A stretch of DNA of 64,000 bases from an uncultured Candidatus Saccharibacteria bacterium (GTDB lineage Bacteria > Patescibacteriota > Minisyncoccia > Phycocordibacterales > UBA6899): NCBI GenBank assembly GCA_964469335.1, contig CAYXYK010000001.1:235976-299975 (forward strand). The letters run 5' to 3'. Under the pieces are notes generated by a model. The model saw only the letters and a program-made list of their open reading frames with translations. It made no database searches and was not told where the DNA came from. This document shows positions 19,343-29,335 of this stretch, in pieces. Made by a program: the position numbers and the translations under genes. Position 1 is the stretch's first letter, and each line of letters begins with the position of its first letter.

Positions 19343-20560
19343 ATGCCGAAGTACACATATAAGGCGCAATTGATGGCGACCGGAGCTGAAGTGGAAGGAA
19401 CAGCTGAAGCTGCGGATAAGTTCGAGCTCGCCAAGAATATGAAAGCGGAAGGGAAGCTTCTTCTTACCGCGATGGAACTTTCCGAGAAGTCTTTCAATAT
19501 GGATAAGATCAATGCGTTCCTTTCACGCATCGATCTTCGCGAAAAAATAGTGTTTGCAAGGAACCTCGCAACAATGATCCAGGCGGGACTCCCGCTCTCT
19601 CGAGCATTGGCGATCTTTCTCAAGCAGACGCAGAACCCGAAGTTCCGTGAAGTGTTGCGATCATTGATCGACGATATCAATAAAGGGACCGCACTTTCCG
19701 ATGCGATGGATAAGTATCCGAAAGTATTCGAGCCGGTATTCGTTTCAATGGTCCGTGCAGGAGAAGAGTCCGGCGGTTTGGTCGAAGCACTCAACGTGGT
19801 CGGAGGCCAGATGGAGAAGACGTACACCATCAAGAAAAAAGTGAAAGGCGCGATGATGTACCCTGCGATGGTGCTCTTGGTGATGGCTGTCGTCGGTGTA
19901 CTAATGATGATCTACGTCGTCCCTGGTCTCGCTGCTTCATTTAAGGAGGCAGGGGCAGAATTGCCGCCGCTTACCAAAGTTGTCATCGGTATCAGTGATT
20001 TTCTCCAGAATGATAGTCTACTCTCACTCCTTGTCGTTGGCGTTCTCGGAGGCTCATTCTGGTGGTTCAAGAGCACTCCGGTCGGAGAGCGGTCGACCAC
20101 TTGGGTGATGATGCGCTCTCCCATATTCGGCAAACTAATGAAGGAATTCAATTCAGCACTCGTCACCCGCACGCTTTCCTCACTTATCTCCGCGGGTGTC
20201 GATATCGTTCACGCGCTCGATATCACTCAAGATGTGGTCGGGAATCTTTTCTACAAACTCACTCTTGAACAGGCGAAAGAGAATGTGCAAAAAGGTGTTC
20301 CGCTCTCGAAGGTATTCACGGAAAACCCGGATATCTACCCTGTGATGGTAGGAGACATGATGGAAGTCGGCGAAGAGACTGGACAACTTTCGACCATGCT
20401 GCTCAAGATCGCGACTTTCTATGAGCAGGAGGTTGATCAGGCGACCGAAGATATGTCGAAGTTGATCGAGCCGCTCCTGATGGCGGTGATCGCGGTGTTC
20501 GTGGGTATATTTGCTGTTGCGATGATCACGCCGATGTATTCCCTCATGCAGAGTATCTGA
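19343..20560 (+). CDS. pilC: type IV pilus inner-membrane platform protein PilC (GspF family)
   Basis: two T2SS-F repeats, polytopic membrane protein immediately after pilB. Confidence 0.9.
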   Translation: MPKYTYKAQLMATGAEVEGTAEAADKFELAKNMKAEGKLLLTAMELSEKSFNMDKINAFLSRIDLREKIVFARNLATMIQAGLPLSRALAIFLKQTQNPKFREVLRSLIDDINKGTALSDAMDKYPKVFEPVFVSMVRAGEESGGLVEALNVVGGQMEKTYTIKKKVKGAMMYPAMVLLVMAVVGVLMMIYVVPGLAASFKEAGAELPPLTKVVIGISDFLQNDSLLSLLVVGVLGGSFWWFKSTPVGERSTTWVMMRSPIFGKLMKEFNSALVTRTLSSLISAGVDIVHALDITQDVVGNLFYKLTLEQAKENVQKGVPLSKVFTENPDIYPVMVGDMMEVGEETGQLSTMLLKIATFYEQEVDQATEDMSKLIEPLLMAVIAVFVGIFAVAMITPMYSLMQSI

Positions 20561-20591
20561 TCCATTTTTGACGCGCTACACGTCTTTCCTT

Positions 20592-20660
20592 CGGCGGATC
20601 GAGTCACCGTAGCAGACTACGCATCCTCGATATCACCTTAGTTCAAGACTTCGTACCCCA
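20592..20660. repeat. intergenic element, copy A of a repeated ~60-nt motif in the pilus locus (core CGTAGCAGAC-ACG-ATC-TCGA)
   Basis: TCACCGTAGCAGACTACGCATCCTCGATAT...TTCAAGACTTCG aligns with copy at 24716-24795. Confidence 0.45.
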
Positions 20661-20690
20661 TGCAAAAATGAACCAGAAGAAAAGATAACA

Positions 20691-22490
20691 ATGGAAATAT
20701 TTTTTGATAAAAATAGGAAACGAGGACTCTCATACATCGAGACGGTGATCTCGATAGCCATCTTTGCCGCCGTTGCAACGATGCTCTACTCGACTTATGA
20801 ACGAGTGTTTGTCACCGCCCGCGCGGCACAAGCTCGTGTCAATGCCATTGCGCTCGCAGATGAGCAGTTTGAAGTCGCACGAAACCTTCCATTCGGAAAA
20901 GTAGGGACGGTCGGGGGAATTCCGGCAGGAGTGATGAAACAAGTGCAGACACTTACTCGTGCAGGGATGACCTACATCGCAACCACGACTGTACGCAATA
21001 TCGATCAGCCTTTCGATGGCACTGCTGGCGGCGCTCCGAACGATCTTTCTCCTGCCGACAATAAGTTGATCGAGATCGATATCACCTGTATCACTTGTGT
21101 AAATTTTCGCCCCCTTGTCCTAACGAGTTGGATCGGGCCAAAAGATCTTGAGGGATCTTCAACGAACGGCTCGCTCTTTGTGCAAGCGATCGACTCGAAC
21201 GGACTCGCAATCTCCGGCGTCAATGTCAATATCGTTGCGACCAGCACGATTCCTCCGGTAAGTATCAGTGACGTGACGGCAACCTCGGGACTTCTCCAAC
21301 TCGTTGACGCTCCGCCGGCGAATGAGGGTTATCAGATCAGTGTTTCAAAGCCCGGATATTCGAGTGAGCAGACCTATGCCAAGACCTCGACGACGACGAA
21401 CCCAGTCAAGCCGAACGCGACGATCGTTGCACAGACCGTGACGCAGCTTACATTCGCCATCGATCGTACGTCGACATTGAATTTCTCAAGTGTTTCCCCG
21501 TCATGCGGAATCGTTCCCAATGTAAATCTCCATATGAACGGAACGAAGATCATCTCTACTTCACCTGACGTACTAAAATATGACCAGTGGATGAAAACGA
21601 ACGGCGGAGGGCAACTCACGCTGAATGATATTGAATGGGATTCATATACGCTCGCCGCAACAAGCTCCACATATGAGCTCGCTGGTGTAATGCCACTGCA
21701 GCCATTCACTATTGCGCCAGGCTCAACACAGAACATCCAGCTTGTGATGATGCCGAAAGATCCGCCGAGTGTACTCGTTACCGTGAAGGATGCCGGCACT
21801 GGACTACCTGTTACAGGGGCGACGGTAACACTCGACCTCAGTGGGGCATCAACGACCATGACGACAGGTCGAGGGTTCATGAGCCAAACCGATTGGTCCG
21901 GTGGAGGAGGACAAAGTGATTTTGCTGTTTCGAATCAGTATTCGACCGATGATGGAAATATTGATGCGATCACAGTGCCCGGACAGGTCACTCTCCTCAA
22001 TGCGCTAGGCGTATATCAACCAAGCGGAGTGCTTTATTCATCGACATTCGATACCGGTTCGGCAAGTAATTTCTACCAATTCCTCTTTCAGCCGACGAAT
22101 CAACCAACCGCTGTAGGTGATAGCCCCGTCGAGTTCCAACTTGCGAGCGGCAATAGTACAAGCTCTTGGACCTATCTTGGTCCTGACGGGACCGCAGCAA
22201 CGTACTACAACGCGACAACGACTGATATTTCGGCAACGAACAATGGGAATCGTTATCTTCGTTACAAGCTGTTTCTCTCGACTGCCTCTTCGTCATACTC
22301 ACCAAGTGTCTCGGATATCCAATTTACCTTCACCTCATCTTGTGTTCCTCCTGGACAAGTGCTCTTCCAGAACCTTTCTGTTGGGACTTATGATATTTCA
22401 GTGTCGAAAGCTGGTTATACAACAGCAAACGATACTGTCACTGTCACTGCAGGCTCATGGCAGGAGAAGCAGATAAGTATCGGACCGTAA
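20691..22490 (+). CDS. large pilin-like protein (prepilin-type N-terminus, 599 aa)
   Basis: N-terminus KRGLSYIETVISIAIFAAVA resembles class III (prepilin) signal; long Thr/Ser-rich beta-type body. Confidence 0.6.
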   Translation: MEIFFDKNRKRGLSYIETVISIAIFAAVATMLYSTYERVFVTARAAQARVNAIALADEQFEVARNLPFGKVGTVGGIPAGVMKQVQTLTRAGMTYIATTTVRNIDQPFDGTAGGAPNDLSPADNKLIEIDITCITCVNFRPLVLTSWIGPKDLEGSSTNGSLFVQAIDSNGLAISGVNVNIVATSTIPPVSISDVTATSGLLQLVDAPPANEGYQISVSKPGYSSEQTYAKTSTTTNPVKPNATIVAQTVTQLTFAIDRTSTLNFSSVSPSCGIVPNVNLHMNGTKIISTSPDVLKYDQWMKTNGGGQLTLNDIEWDSYTLAATSSTYELAGVMPLQPFTIAPGSTQNIQLVMMPKDPPSVLVTVKDAGTGLPVTGATVTLDLSGASTTMTTGRGFMSQTDWSGGGGQSDFAVSNQYSTDDGNIDAITVPGQVTLLNALGVYQPSGVLYSSTFDTGSASNFYQFLFQPTNQPTAVGDSPVEFQLASGNSTSSWTYLGPDGTAATYYNATTTDISATNNGNRYLRYKLFLSTASSSYSPSVSDIQFTFTSSCVPPGQVLFQNLSVGTYDISVSKAGYTTANDTVTVTAGSWQEKQISIGP

Positions 22491-22525
22491 TGCGAAAGCG
22501 ACGAGAATAGCGTAAAATAAGGAAG

Positions 22526-23155
22526 ATGTCGTTTACACATGCGAATGTTCGTTCACGAGGCTTCACAATCATTGAGGCAGTGGTGTCCATGGCGATCCTC
22601 TTGATGATCGGTATAGGAATTATTGCCTTTGAGCGCAGTGTGCTTACGAATACCAAAGTGATGCAAGCGCAATTGACTGCGCAGCAACAGATCAGAAAGA
22701 CACTCGCAGGATTTGTCGCCGATGTGCGCTCGGCAACACAGTCTTCCGGCGGTGCATATGCGATCGATACTGCAGCGACCTCGACACTCATCTTCTATGC
22801 GAATATCGACAGTGATGCGTCAATTGAGCGCATACGATACTTCATTGCGACAGGGACACTCCGTCGTGCAACATTAAAGCCAACGGGAACTGTTTACAAC
22901 TCGGCAAACGAAAAAATCTCGACGATCGTGAAGGATTTTGCAAATCCCACTTCTACCCCTGTTTTCACATATTATGACACCGGTTATGACGGGTTCACTT
23001 CTTCGTCGACCGACCCTCTTCCTGTGCCAATCAACATACCTTCGATCAGGATGATCAAGATGTCACTTGTGGTGAACCCGAATGGGGTACGCGCACCCGT
23101 GATGCAGACATATGTCACTCAGGTGTCCCTTCGTAACTTGAAAGACAATCTATAG
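22526..23155 (+). CDS. minor pilin / pseudopilin (prepilin-type N-terminal cleavage/methylation domain)
   Basis: RGFTIIEAVVSMAILLMIGIG N-terminus. Confidence 0.65.
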   Translation: MSFTHANVRSRGFTIIEAVVSMAILLMIGIGIIAFERSVLTNTKVMQAQLTAQQQIRKTLAGFVADVRSATQSSGGAYAIDTAATSTLIFYANIDSDASIERIRYFIATGTLRRATLKPTGTVYNSANEKISTIVKDFANPTSTPVFTYYDTGYDGFTSSSTDPLPVPINIPSIRMIKMSLVVNPNGVRAPVMQTYVTQVSLRNLKDNL

Positions 23156-23210
23156 AAATACCTCCCTTCAATAATGTTCGGAGACGGAGTACAATTAAAC
23201 TGCGTTCGCA

Positions 23211-24689
23211 ATGAAAAATTTCATTCATAAAAGTGCAAGTAAGGGGAGCATCCTCATTCAGGTCATCGCATTCATGACCATCGGCATCATCATCCTCTCT
23301 GGGTTCATCGGTTGGGGGGTCATGTCTGTTCGCACCGCCCGTCACACAGAATATCGTGACCAGGCCATCCAGATCGCAGAAGCGGGCATCGACTATTATC
23401 GATGGCATCTTGCGCATGTTCCGACCGATTTTCAAGATGGCACTGCAACATCCGGTCCGTATGTGCATCAATACTATGACAAACAAGGCAACCCACTCGG
23501 TTCTTTCACTCTTTCGATCACACCTCCACCGGTAGGGTCGACACTAGTTACCGTTAGATCAACGGGAAGAGTGTTAAGTGACCCATCGATAGTCCGCACC
23601 ATCCAAAGCAGATTTGCAAAACCATCACTTGCAAAATACGCGGTTGTCGCGAATTCATTCATGAATTTCGGTCCAGGCACAGAAATATTCGGACCGATAC
23701 ATTCGAATGGCGGGATCCGTTTCGACGGGTTGGCGCACAATATCGTCACGAGTGCGCTGACGAGTTTTAATGATCCTACTCACGGAGGAGGAAACGAGCA
23801 TGGAGTCCATACCCATGATGCGCCGACGGACCCGCTACCCCCCGCTGCGGTTCCTTCGCGCATCGACGTTTTTCAGGTAGGGCGTACATTCCCGGTCCCC
23901 GCGGTTGATTTCGCCGGACTCACCGCTAACCTCGCGCAAATCAAAGCGGACGCACAGGCGAGTGGTGTCTATTATGCTGCATCCGGCGGCCAGGGATACC
24001 ATATCACTCTCAAAACTACTGGGAAGTTCGACATAAAACGAGTGAATTCCTTGTTTCCTGCCCCTGGGGGGTGCACCAATGCCCAAGCTGAGGCGAACTG
24101 GGGAACATGGAGCATCAACACCGCTGGTGGAAGTGAAACGGTGATTGCGAGCAATGTCGATTTTCCAACGAATGGTCTTCTCTTCGTGGAAGATAACCTG
24201 TGGATCGACGGACAGATAAACGGTGCTCGCCTCACTGTGGCAGCGGCGACATTTCCCGATGCAGCGGCGACAAGAAAGAACATCATCGTAAACAGTAATC
24301 TGCTGTATACCAATTATGATGGAACCGATGTGCTTTCGCTCATGGCGCAGAATGACATCATCGTCGGGCTTAAGAGCGCGGATACGCTTGAGATAGACGG
24401 AGCGCTCATCGCTCAAAATGGTCGTACAGGAAGAAACTATTATGCGTCTGCGTGTAGTGCAACGGAGTATAGACGAAGCCAGATCACGCTCTACGGAATG
24501 GTAGGCACCTACCAACAATATGGGTTTGCCTGGTCAGGTGCGAGCTTTGGTTGTCCCGACGGTTCGACTCGTTCGAGTGGGTACTGTACCCGTAACATCA
24601 CCTATGATGCCAATATGCTCTACGGTCCTCCGCCCTCTTTCCCGCTGACTACTTCTCAGTATCAGATCGTCTCTTGGGACGAAATATAG
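23211..24689 (+). CDS. pilus-associated protein (PilX-like N-terminal hydrophobic segment)
   Basis: KGSILIQVIAFMTIGIIILSGF N-terminus; position in pilus operon. Confidence 0.5.
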   Translation: MKNFIHKSASKGSILIQVIAFMTIGIIILSGFIGWGVMSVRTARHTEYRDQAIQIAEAGIDYYRWHLAHVPTDFQDGTATSGPYVHQYYDKQGNPLGSFTLSITPPPVGSTLVTVRSTGRVLSDPSIVRTIQSRFAKPSLAKYAVVANSFMNFGPGTEIFGPIHSNGGIRFDGLAHNIVTSALTSFNDPTHGGGNEHGVHTHDAPTDPLPPAAVPSRIDVFQVGRTFPVPAVDFAGLTANLAQIKADAQASGVYYAASGGQGYHITLKTTGKFDIKRVNSLFPAPGGCTNAQAEANWGTWSINTAGGSETVIASNVDFPTNGLLFVEDNLWIDGQINGARLTVAAATFPDAAATRKNIIVNSNLLYTNYDGTDVLSLMAQNDIIVGLKSADTLEIDGALIAQNGRTGRNYYASACSATEYRRSQITLYGMVGTYQQYGFAWSGASFGCPDGSTRSSGYCTRNITYDANMLYGPPPSFPLTTSQYQIVSWDEI

Positions 24690-24715
24690 TCGTTTCGCAA
24701 ATTTTGTCCGCTCGG

Positions 24716-24795
24716 CTCGACTTTCTTTCGACAAGTTCGGTCAACGTAGCAGACAACGTATCTCGAACATTGTCTCAGTCCAACACTTCGCATCG
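24716..24795. repeat. intergenic element, copy B of repeated motif in pilus locus
   Basis: TCAACGTAGCAGACAACGTATCTCGAACAT...TCCAACACTTCG; ~75% identical to copy A. Confidence 0.45.
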
Positions 24796-24867
24796 TGCTA
24801 AAACTTGCGAAACTCGATAAAACTGTGACTAGCGGGTAGTGTCGAGCGACTGATATACTATTCAGAT

Positions 24868-25632
24868 ATGAAACTTATCGTAGGGAATTGGAAGATGTAT
24901 CCGAAGACGCTCATCGAAGCGAAAGAGATATTCGCAGGAGAAAAGAAAGTAGCGCGGACGATGAACAAGGCAAAGACGGTCATCTGCCCGCCCCATTTGT
25001 TTGTTGCGACCCTTGCGCAATCGACTCTCGGTACGAAGGGTCTCTCGATTGGAGCTCAGAATATCTTCCATGAAGACGAAGGAGCACGTACAGGAGAGAC
25101 GTCACCAGTGCAAGTTGCTTCGGTCGGGGCGACTTATGTCATCCTTGGGCATTCGGAGCGGCGTGCGCTCGGCGAAACCGATCAGCTAATTGCTCAAAAA
25201 GCAGTTGCAGCGAACAAGGCGAAGCTCACTGTTATCCTTTGTGTCGGTGAGCGGTCTCGTGATGATGCAGGCTCCTATTTTAATGAAGTGCGGCAGCAAC
25301 TTCGTGAGTCACTTTCGGGATTTCCCAAAGACGGATCGAAGCGCCTCGTGATCGCGTACGAGCCGATCTGGGCGATCGGTGCCAAAGCTGTACGCCCTGC
25401 TACACCGGATGATTTTCATGAGATGAGTATCCTCATCAAGCGGCATCTTGTTGATCAGTTCGGAAAGATCGCTGGATTTCGCGTTCCCATCCTTTATGGC
25501 GGCTCTGTTGATGAGAAAAATGCCGAAGGTTTCTTGAAGCAAGGTGGTGCAGACGGACTTCTGGTCGGACGAGTGAGTCTCGACCCGGTACGTTTTGGTG
25601 AGATCATGAAGTTAGCAGATAAGATCAAATAA
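24868..25632 (+). CDS. tpiA: triosephosphate isomerase
   Basis: IVGNWKM, AYEPIWAIG, ILYGGSV motifs. Confidence 0.9.
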   Translation: MKLIVGNWKMYPKTLIEAKEIFAGEKKVARTMNKAKTVICPPHLFVATLAQSTLGTKGLSIGAQNIFHEDEGARTGETSPVQVASVGATYVILGHSERRALGETDQLIAQKAVAANKAKLTVILCVGERSRDDAGSYFNEVRQQLRESLSGFPKDGSKRLVIAYEPIWAIGAKAVRPATPDDFHEMSILIKRHLVDQFGKIAGFRVPILYGGSVDEKNAEGFLKQGGADGLLVGRVSLDPVRFGEIMKLADKIK

Positions 25633-25633
25633 T

Positions 25634-26773
25634 ATGTTCAATCTTCCGCTCATTACCGATCATCGCGAGACGTTCGCGGGGAAACGTGTTTTACTCCGCC
25701 TTGATCTGAATGTCCCGATGGAGGGAGGTGAGATCCGTGATGATTATCGTCTCAAGGAGTCGCTTCCGACCATCAATTTCTTGCGCGAAGCCGGAGCACG
25801 GATCGTGATCATCGCGCACATCGGCAAAGGGAAACCAGAGGACACGTTGCTCCCGCTCTCGAAGTATCTTGAAAAACTCTACCCCACTGTTACGTTCCTT
25901 CCTCGCCTACAGAGCATCGAGAATGTCGGTATCACCGAAGCGATGGTACAAGGAGACATCATCCTCCTCGAGAATCTTCGTCATGATAAAGGTGAAGAGG
26001 AGAACGACCCGGAGTTCTCTCGGTACCTCGCATCTCTCGGTGATGTGTACGTGAATGATGCTTTCTCGGTTTCCCATCGAGCGCATGCATCAGTCGTCGG
26101 TGTCGTTTCGCTACTCCCACACTATGCCGGCATCCGCCTCGCACAGGAGGTCGATCGGCTTGCCCTCGCGTTCAATCCCGAACACCCGTTCCTGTTCATC
26201 CTCGGAGGGTCAAAGATCTCGACCAAGATGCCGCTCCTTAAGAAGTTTCTCGATATCGCCGACAACATTTTCGTCGGAGGTGCGATCGTGAACAACTTTT
26301 TCAAAGTAGCGGGTCACGAGATTGGCACTTCGATTTACGACAAAGATGAACTTGGAGGTCTTACGGAGTACATGAATCATCCCAAACTCATCATTCCGAA
26401 AGATGTTGTGGTGAAGAATGCATCCGGATCGGAGACTCGTGCGATTGAGAACGTCAATGCGAACGATATGATCGTCGATGTCGGCGCCGAAACCATCAAA
26501 CATCTCGAAGGGGTGATCGGAGGGGCACAGCTTATCGTCTGGAACGGTCCGCTCGGATTCTATGAAGAGGGATTCACTGAGGGAACGAGAGAGCTTCTTG
26601 ATCTGATTGCGGGAAGCCGAGCGACATCAATCATCGGAGGCGGGGACACGGTCGCCTTGATCAACGAGATGGGTGCGATCGGGAAATTCTCATTCGTTTC
26701 CACGGGTGGCGGGGCGATGCTCGACTTCTTGGCCAATGAAACTCTCCCCGGTATCGAAGCGCTCCAGAAATAA
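25634..26773 (+). CDS. pgk: phosphoglycerate kinase
   Basis: RVLLRLDLNVP N-terminal motif and C-terminal GGGA region; starts 2 bp after tpiA stop. Confidence 0.95.
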   Translation: MFNLPLITDHRETFAGKRVLLRLDLNVPMEGGEIRDDYRLKESLPTINFLREAGARIVIIAHIGKGKPEDTLLPLSKYLEKLYPTVTFLPRLQSIENVGITEAMVQGDIILLENLRHDKGEEENDPEFSRYLASLGDVYVNDAFSVSHRAHASVVGVVSLLPHYAGIRLAQEVDRLALAFNPEHPFLFILGGSKISTKMPLLKKFLDIADNIFVGGAIVNNFFKVAGHEIGTSIYDKDELGGLTEYMNHPKLIIPKDVVVKNASGSETRAIENVNANDMIVDVGAETIKHLEGVIGGAQLIVWNGPLGFYEEGFTEGTRELLDLIAGSRATSIIGGGDTVALINEMGAIGKFSFVSTGGGAMLDFLANETLPGIEALQK

Positions 26774-26820
26774 TGACAAATAAAAATACCCCGGTCGGGG
26801 TATTTTTATTTGTCATTATT
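26768..26820. terminator. long perfect palindrome (24-bp arms) acting as bidirectional terminator between pgk and HIT gene
   Basis: AATAATGACAAATAAAAATACCCC-GGTC-GGGGTATTTTTATTTGTCATTATT. Confidence 0.65.
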
Positions 26821-27229
26821 TGAATTCCTGTCCGATGATGTCACGGATGGTGCCTATTTCACCGTCTTGATATGGGTTGCCATGCCATTGCCCGTGCCCG
26901 TCGTCTGACCAGCGCGGGATGATGTGGACGTGGAGATGATCGACGATCTGCCCCGCAGCTGATCCATTGTTGATCCCAATATTGATACCTTCAGCGCCGA
27001 CAGCAGTCTTGATCTTTGCGGCAAGCATTTGCACCGCTCTCATGACATGCTCGAAATCCGCCGGTGGTGTGTCGTGGATGTTCGTGTAATGTTTCTTGGG
27101 AACGACCAGAGTATGCCCACGGTTGATCGGATGGATATCAAGTAGGGCAAGGGTGTTCTCGTCCTCATAGACCTTTTCGATCGGGAGCTTCCCTTGTATG
27201 AGTTTGCAGAATAGACAATCGTTTTCCAT
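26816..27229 (-). CDS. HIT-family (histidine triad) protein
   Basis: DHLHVHIIPR histidine triad; start trimmed to MENDCLFCKLIQG. Confidence 0.85.
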   Translation of the reverse strand: MENDCLFCKLIQGKLPIEKVYEDENTLALLDIHPINRGHTLVVPKKHYTNIHDTPPADFEHVMRAVQMLAAKIKTAVGAEGINIGINNGSAAGQIVDHLHVHIIPRWSDDGHGQWHGNPYQDGEIGTIRDIIGQEFK

Positions 27230-27233
27230 GTTT

Positions 27234-27608
27234 TTATAAGCTGAATGATGATTTGTGTTTATCGATCTTGAGGTATTTCTCGAGTACGGTGTGGATATGT
27301 GTGATCTGTGCCGATGTGTATTTCGTTCCCTTACCATTCGCCGCATCTTTCTCTATTTCGGCAGCTTCCGCTGCGTTCACTTGTGCCCATCCGTATTTCA
27401 TATCTTGCGCATTGTCAGCATCCATACTCATGGTGAGATCTTCAATGATCTCGTCAACCTGCCGCTCAGAAAGTTTTTCGTCTCCGTGTCCGAACGGTGC
27501 GCTCATCAGTTCACCGCGGATGAATGTGAGTTCTTCTTTGGTGATTCCCGCAGGTCGTGATGGTCCAAATAGTGACATAAAAGTAGCAATATAGGGTAAT
27601 GGATTCAT
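27234..27608 (-). CDS. hypothetical protein
   Basis: ORF track; divergent from recJ; no family recognised. Confidence 0.45.
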   Translation of the reverse strand: MNPLPYIATFMSLFGPSRPAGITKEELTFIRGELMSAPFGHGDEKLSERQVDEIIEDLTMSMDADNAQDMKYGWAQVNAAEAAEIEKDAANGKGTKYTSAQITHIHTVLEKYLKIDKHKSSFSL

Positions 27609-27613
27609 TATAA

Positions 27614-29317
27614 ATGGCAGCGCGGGAATGTGGTAGTATGTCTCCTATGTCTTCCCTCCACCCGCTTACAGAAAAACTACTGGCCCGGAGGTCCGTCACA
27701 TCCGCCAGTGATGTCGAACGTTTCCTTAACCCTGATTATGATCGGGATACCAATGACCCGTACCTCATTCTAGGTATGGGACGGGCTGTTGAGCGCATCT
27801 TCCAAGCGTTCCGAGGAGGGCAGCGAATCGTCATTTACGGTGATTATGATTGTGACGGGATCCCCGGTTCGGTCATCCTCCATGACCTGTTCGAAAAGAT
27901 CGGAGTGGCGGATTTCCAGAATTATATTCCGCACCGGCATCTTGAAGGATACGGCCTCAACGGCGAGGCGATCGCTCGATTCGCAAAAGAAGGAGTCGAC
28001 CTCATCATCACGGTCGATTGCGGTATTACTGACATCGAAGAAGTGGCGATGGCGCAGTCGCTCGGTATGGATGTGATCGTGACCGACCATCATCTTCCAG
28101 GAGCCGTGCTCCCCCCCGCACATACGATCCTGAATTCGAAACAGGAAGGCGATACGTACCCGGACAATATGCTCTGTGGTGCCGGTGTCGCATTCAAGCT
28201 CGCGCAGGCGATCCTCATCGAAGGAAGACGTACCGGAAAGATGGATGACATCCCGCTCGGTTGGGAGAAGTGGCTCCTCGATATGGCCGGACTCTCGACC
28301 ATCGCCGATATGGTACCGCTGGTGAAGGAGAATCGTGCGCTTGCATATTTCGGGCTCAAGGTACTCAAGAAATCACCGCGACCGGGACTGATCGCGCTCC
28401 TACGCGATGCCAATGTCGACCAGCGATTTCTCACGGAAGAAGATGTCGGCTTCACCATCGGCCCGCGCGTCAATGCGGCATCACGTATGGATGTGCCGAT
28501 GCGTGCATTCGAACTGCTCTCGACCCGAGACATCCCGACCGCGATGGCGCGTGCACAGCATCTCTCTACGCTCAATATGGAACGGAAAGGTGAGGTGGCG
28601 CGCATGACCAAAGAGGCGAAACGTCTGGTGGAAGGAAGGGAAATGAGAAGCGTGATCGTGGTCGGAAGTCCAAAGTGGCGTGTCGGTGTTGCTGGTATCG
28701 TTGCCAACAAACTCGCTGAAGACTATGACCGCCCGGCATTCGTGTGGGGCAAAGAAGGCGCGCATATCATCAAAGGATCGTGCCGCTCGGATGGTAGAGT
28801 GAATATCGTTGAATTGATGCGCGCGGTACGGGAGGGGGTGTTCCTTGATAAAGGAGGTCATGAATTCTCCGGGGGTTTCTCGGTTGGAGAAGATGCGGTG
28901 CATTTTCTCGAGTCGGCACTCTGTGACGCACATGCATCCTTTGAGGTCAAAGAGAAAAAACAAAAAGGATTCGAGCCTGAGGCAACCCTCTCGATCGATG
29001 ATGTCAACGAGGAAACATTCGCAGCGATCGATCGGCTCGCACCTTTCGGTGAGGGGAATCCGAAGCCGCTTTTCCGCTTCGACAGAACTACGATCGTGAA
29101 GTGCGAGCAGTTCGGAAAAAGTCGCGAACATCTCAAGCTCACCATGAAGAACTCTCGAGGTGGAGCAGTCACTGCGATCGGTTTTTTCATGAGTCCAAAT
29201 AATTTCCCGAACGCCGAGGTAACGACCGGAGGAAGGATAGATCTCATTGCCACATTCGAGAAGTCCTATTTTCGCAGTACCCCGGAGCTTCGGCTGCGTA
29301 TTATTTCCGCAGAATAG
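27614..29317 (+). CDS. recJ: single-stranded-DNA-specific exonuclease RecJ
   Basis: DHH family motifs (IYGDYDCDGIPG, VIVTDHH) and DHHA1 region. Confidence 0.85.
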   Translation: MAARECGSMSPMSSLHPLTEKLLARRSVTSASDVERFLNPDYDRDTNDPYLILGMGRAVERIFQAFRGGQRIVIYGDYDCDGIPGSVILHDLFEKIGVADFQNYIPHRHLEGYGLNGEAIARFAKEGVDLIITVDCGITDIEEVAMAQSLGMDVIVTDHHLPGAVLPPAHTILNSKQEGDTYPDNMLCGAGVAFKLAQAILIEGRRTGKMDDIPLGWEKWLLDMAGLSTIADMVPLVKENRALAYFGLKVLKKSPRPGLIALLRDANVDQRFLTEEDVGFTIGPRVNAASRMDVPMRAFELLSTRDIPTAMARAQHLSTLNMERKGEVARMTKEAKRLVEGREMRSVIVVGSPKWRVGVAGIVANKLAEDYDRPAFVWGKEGAHIIKGSCRSDGRVNIVELMRAVREGVFLDKGGHEFSGGFSVGEDAVHFLESALCDAHASFEVKEKKQKGFEPEATLSIDDVNEETFAAIDRLAPFGEGNPKPLFRFDRTTIVKCEQFGKSREHLKLTMKNSRGGAVTAIGFFMSPNNFPNAEVTTGGRIDLIATFEKSYFRSTPELRLRIISAE

Positions 29318-29335
29318 TCGTGCTATAGTTTCACT

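Noticed and set aside
21374-21880. 168-aa minus-strand ORF
   Set aside because: Antisense within the large pilin-like gene.
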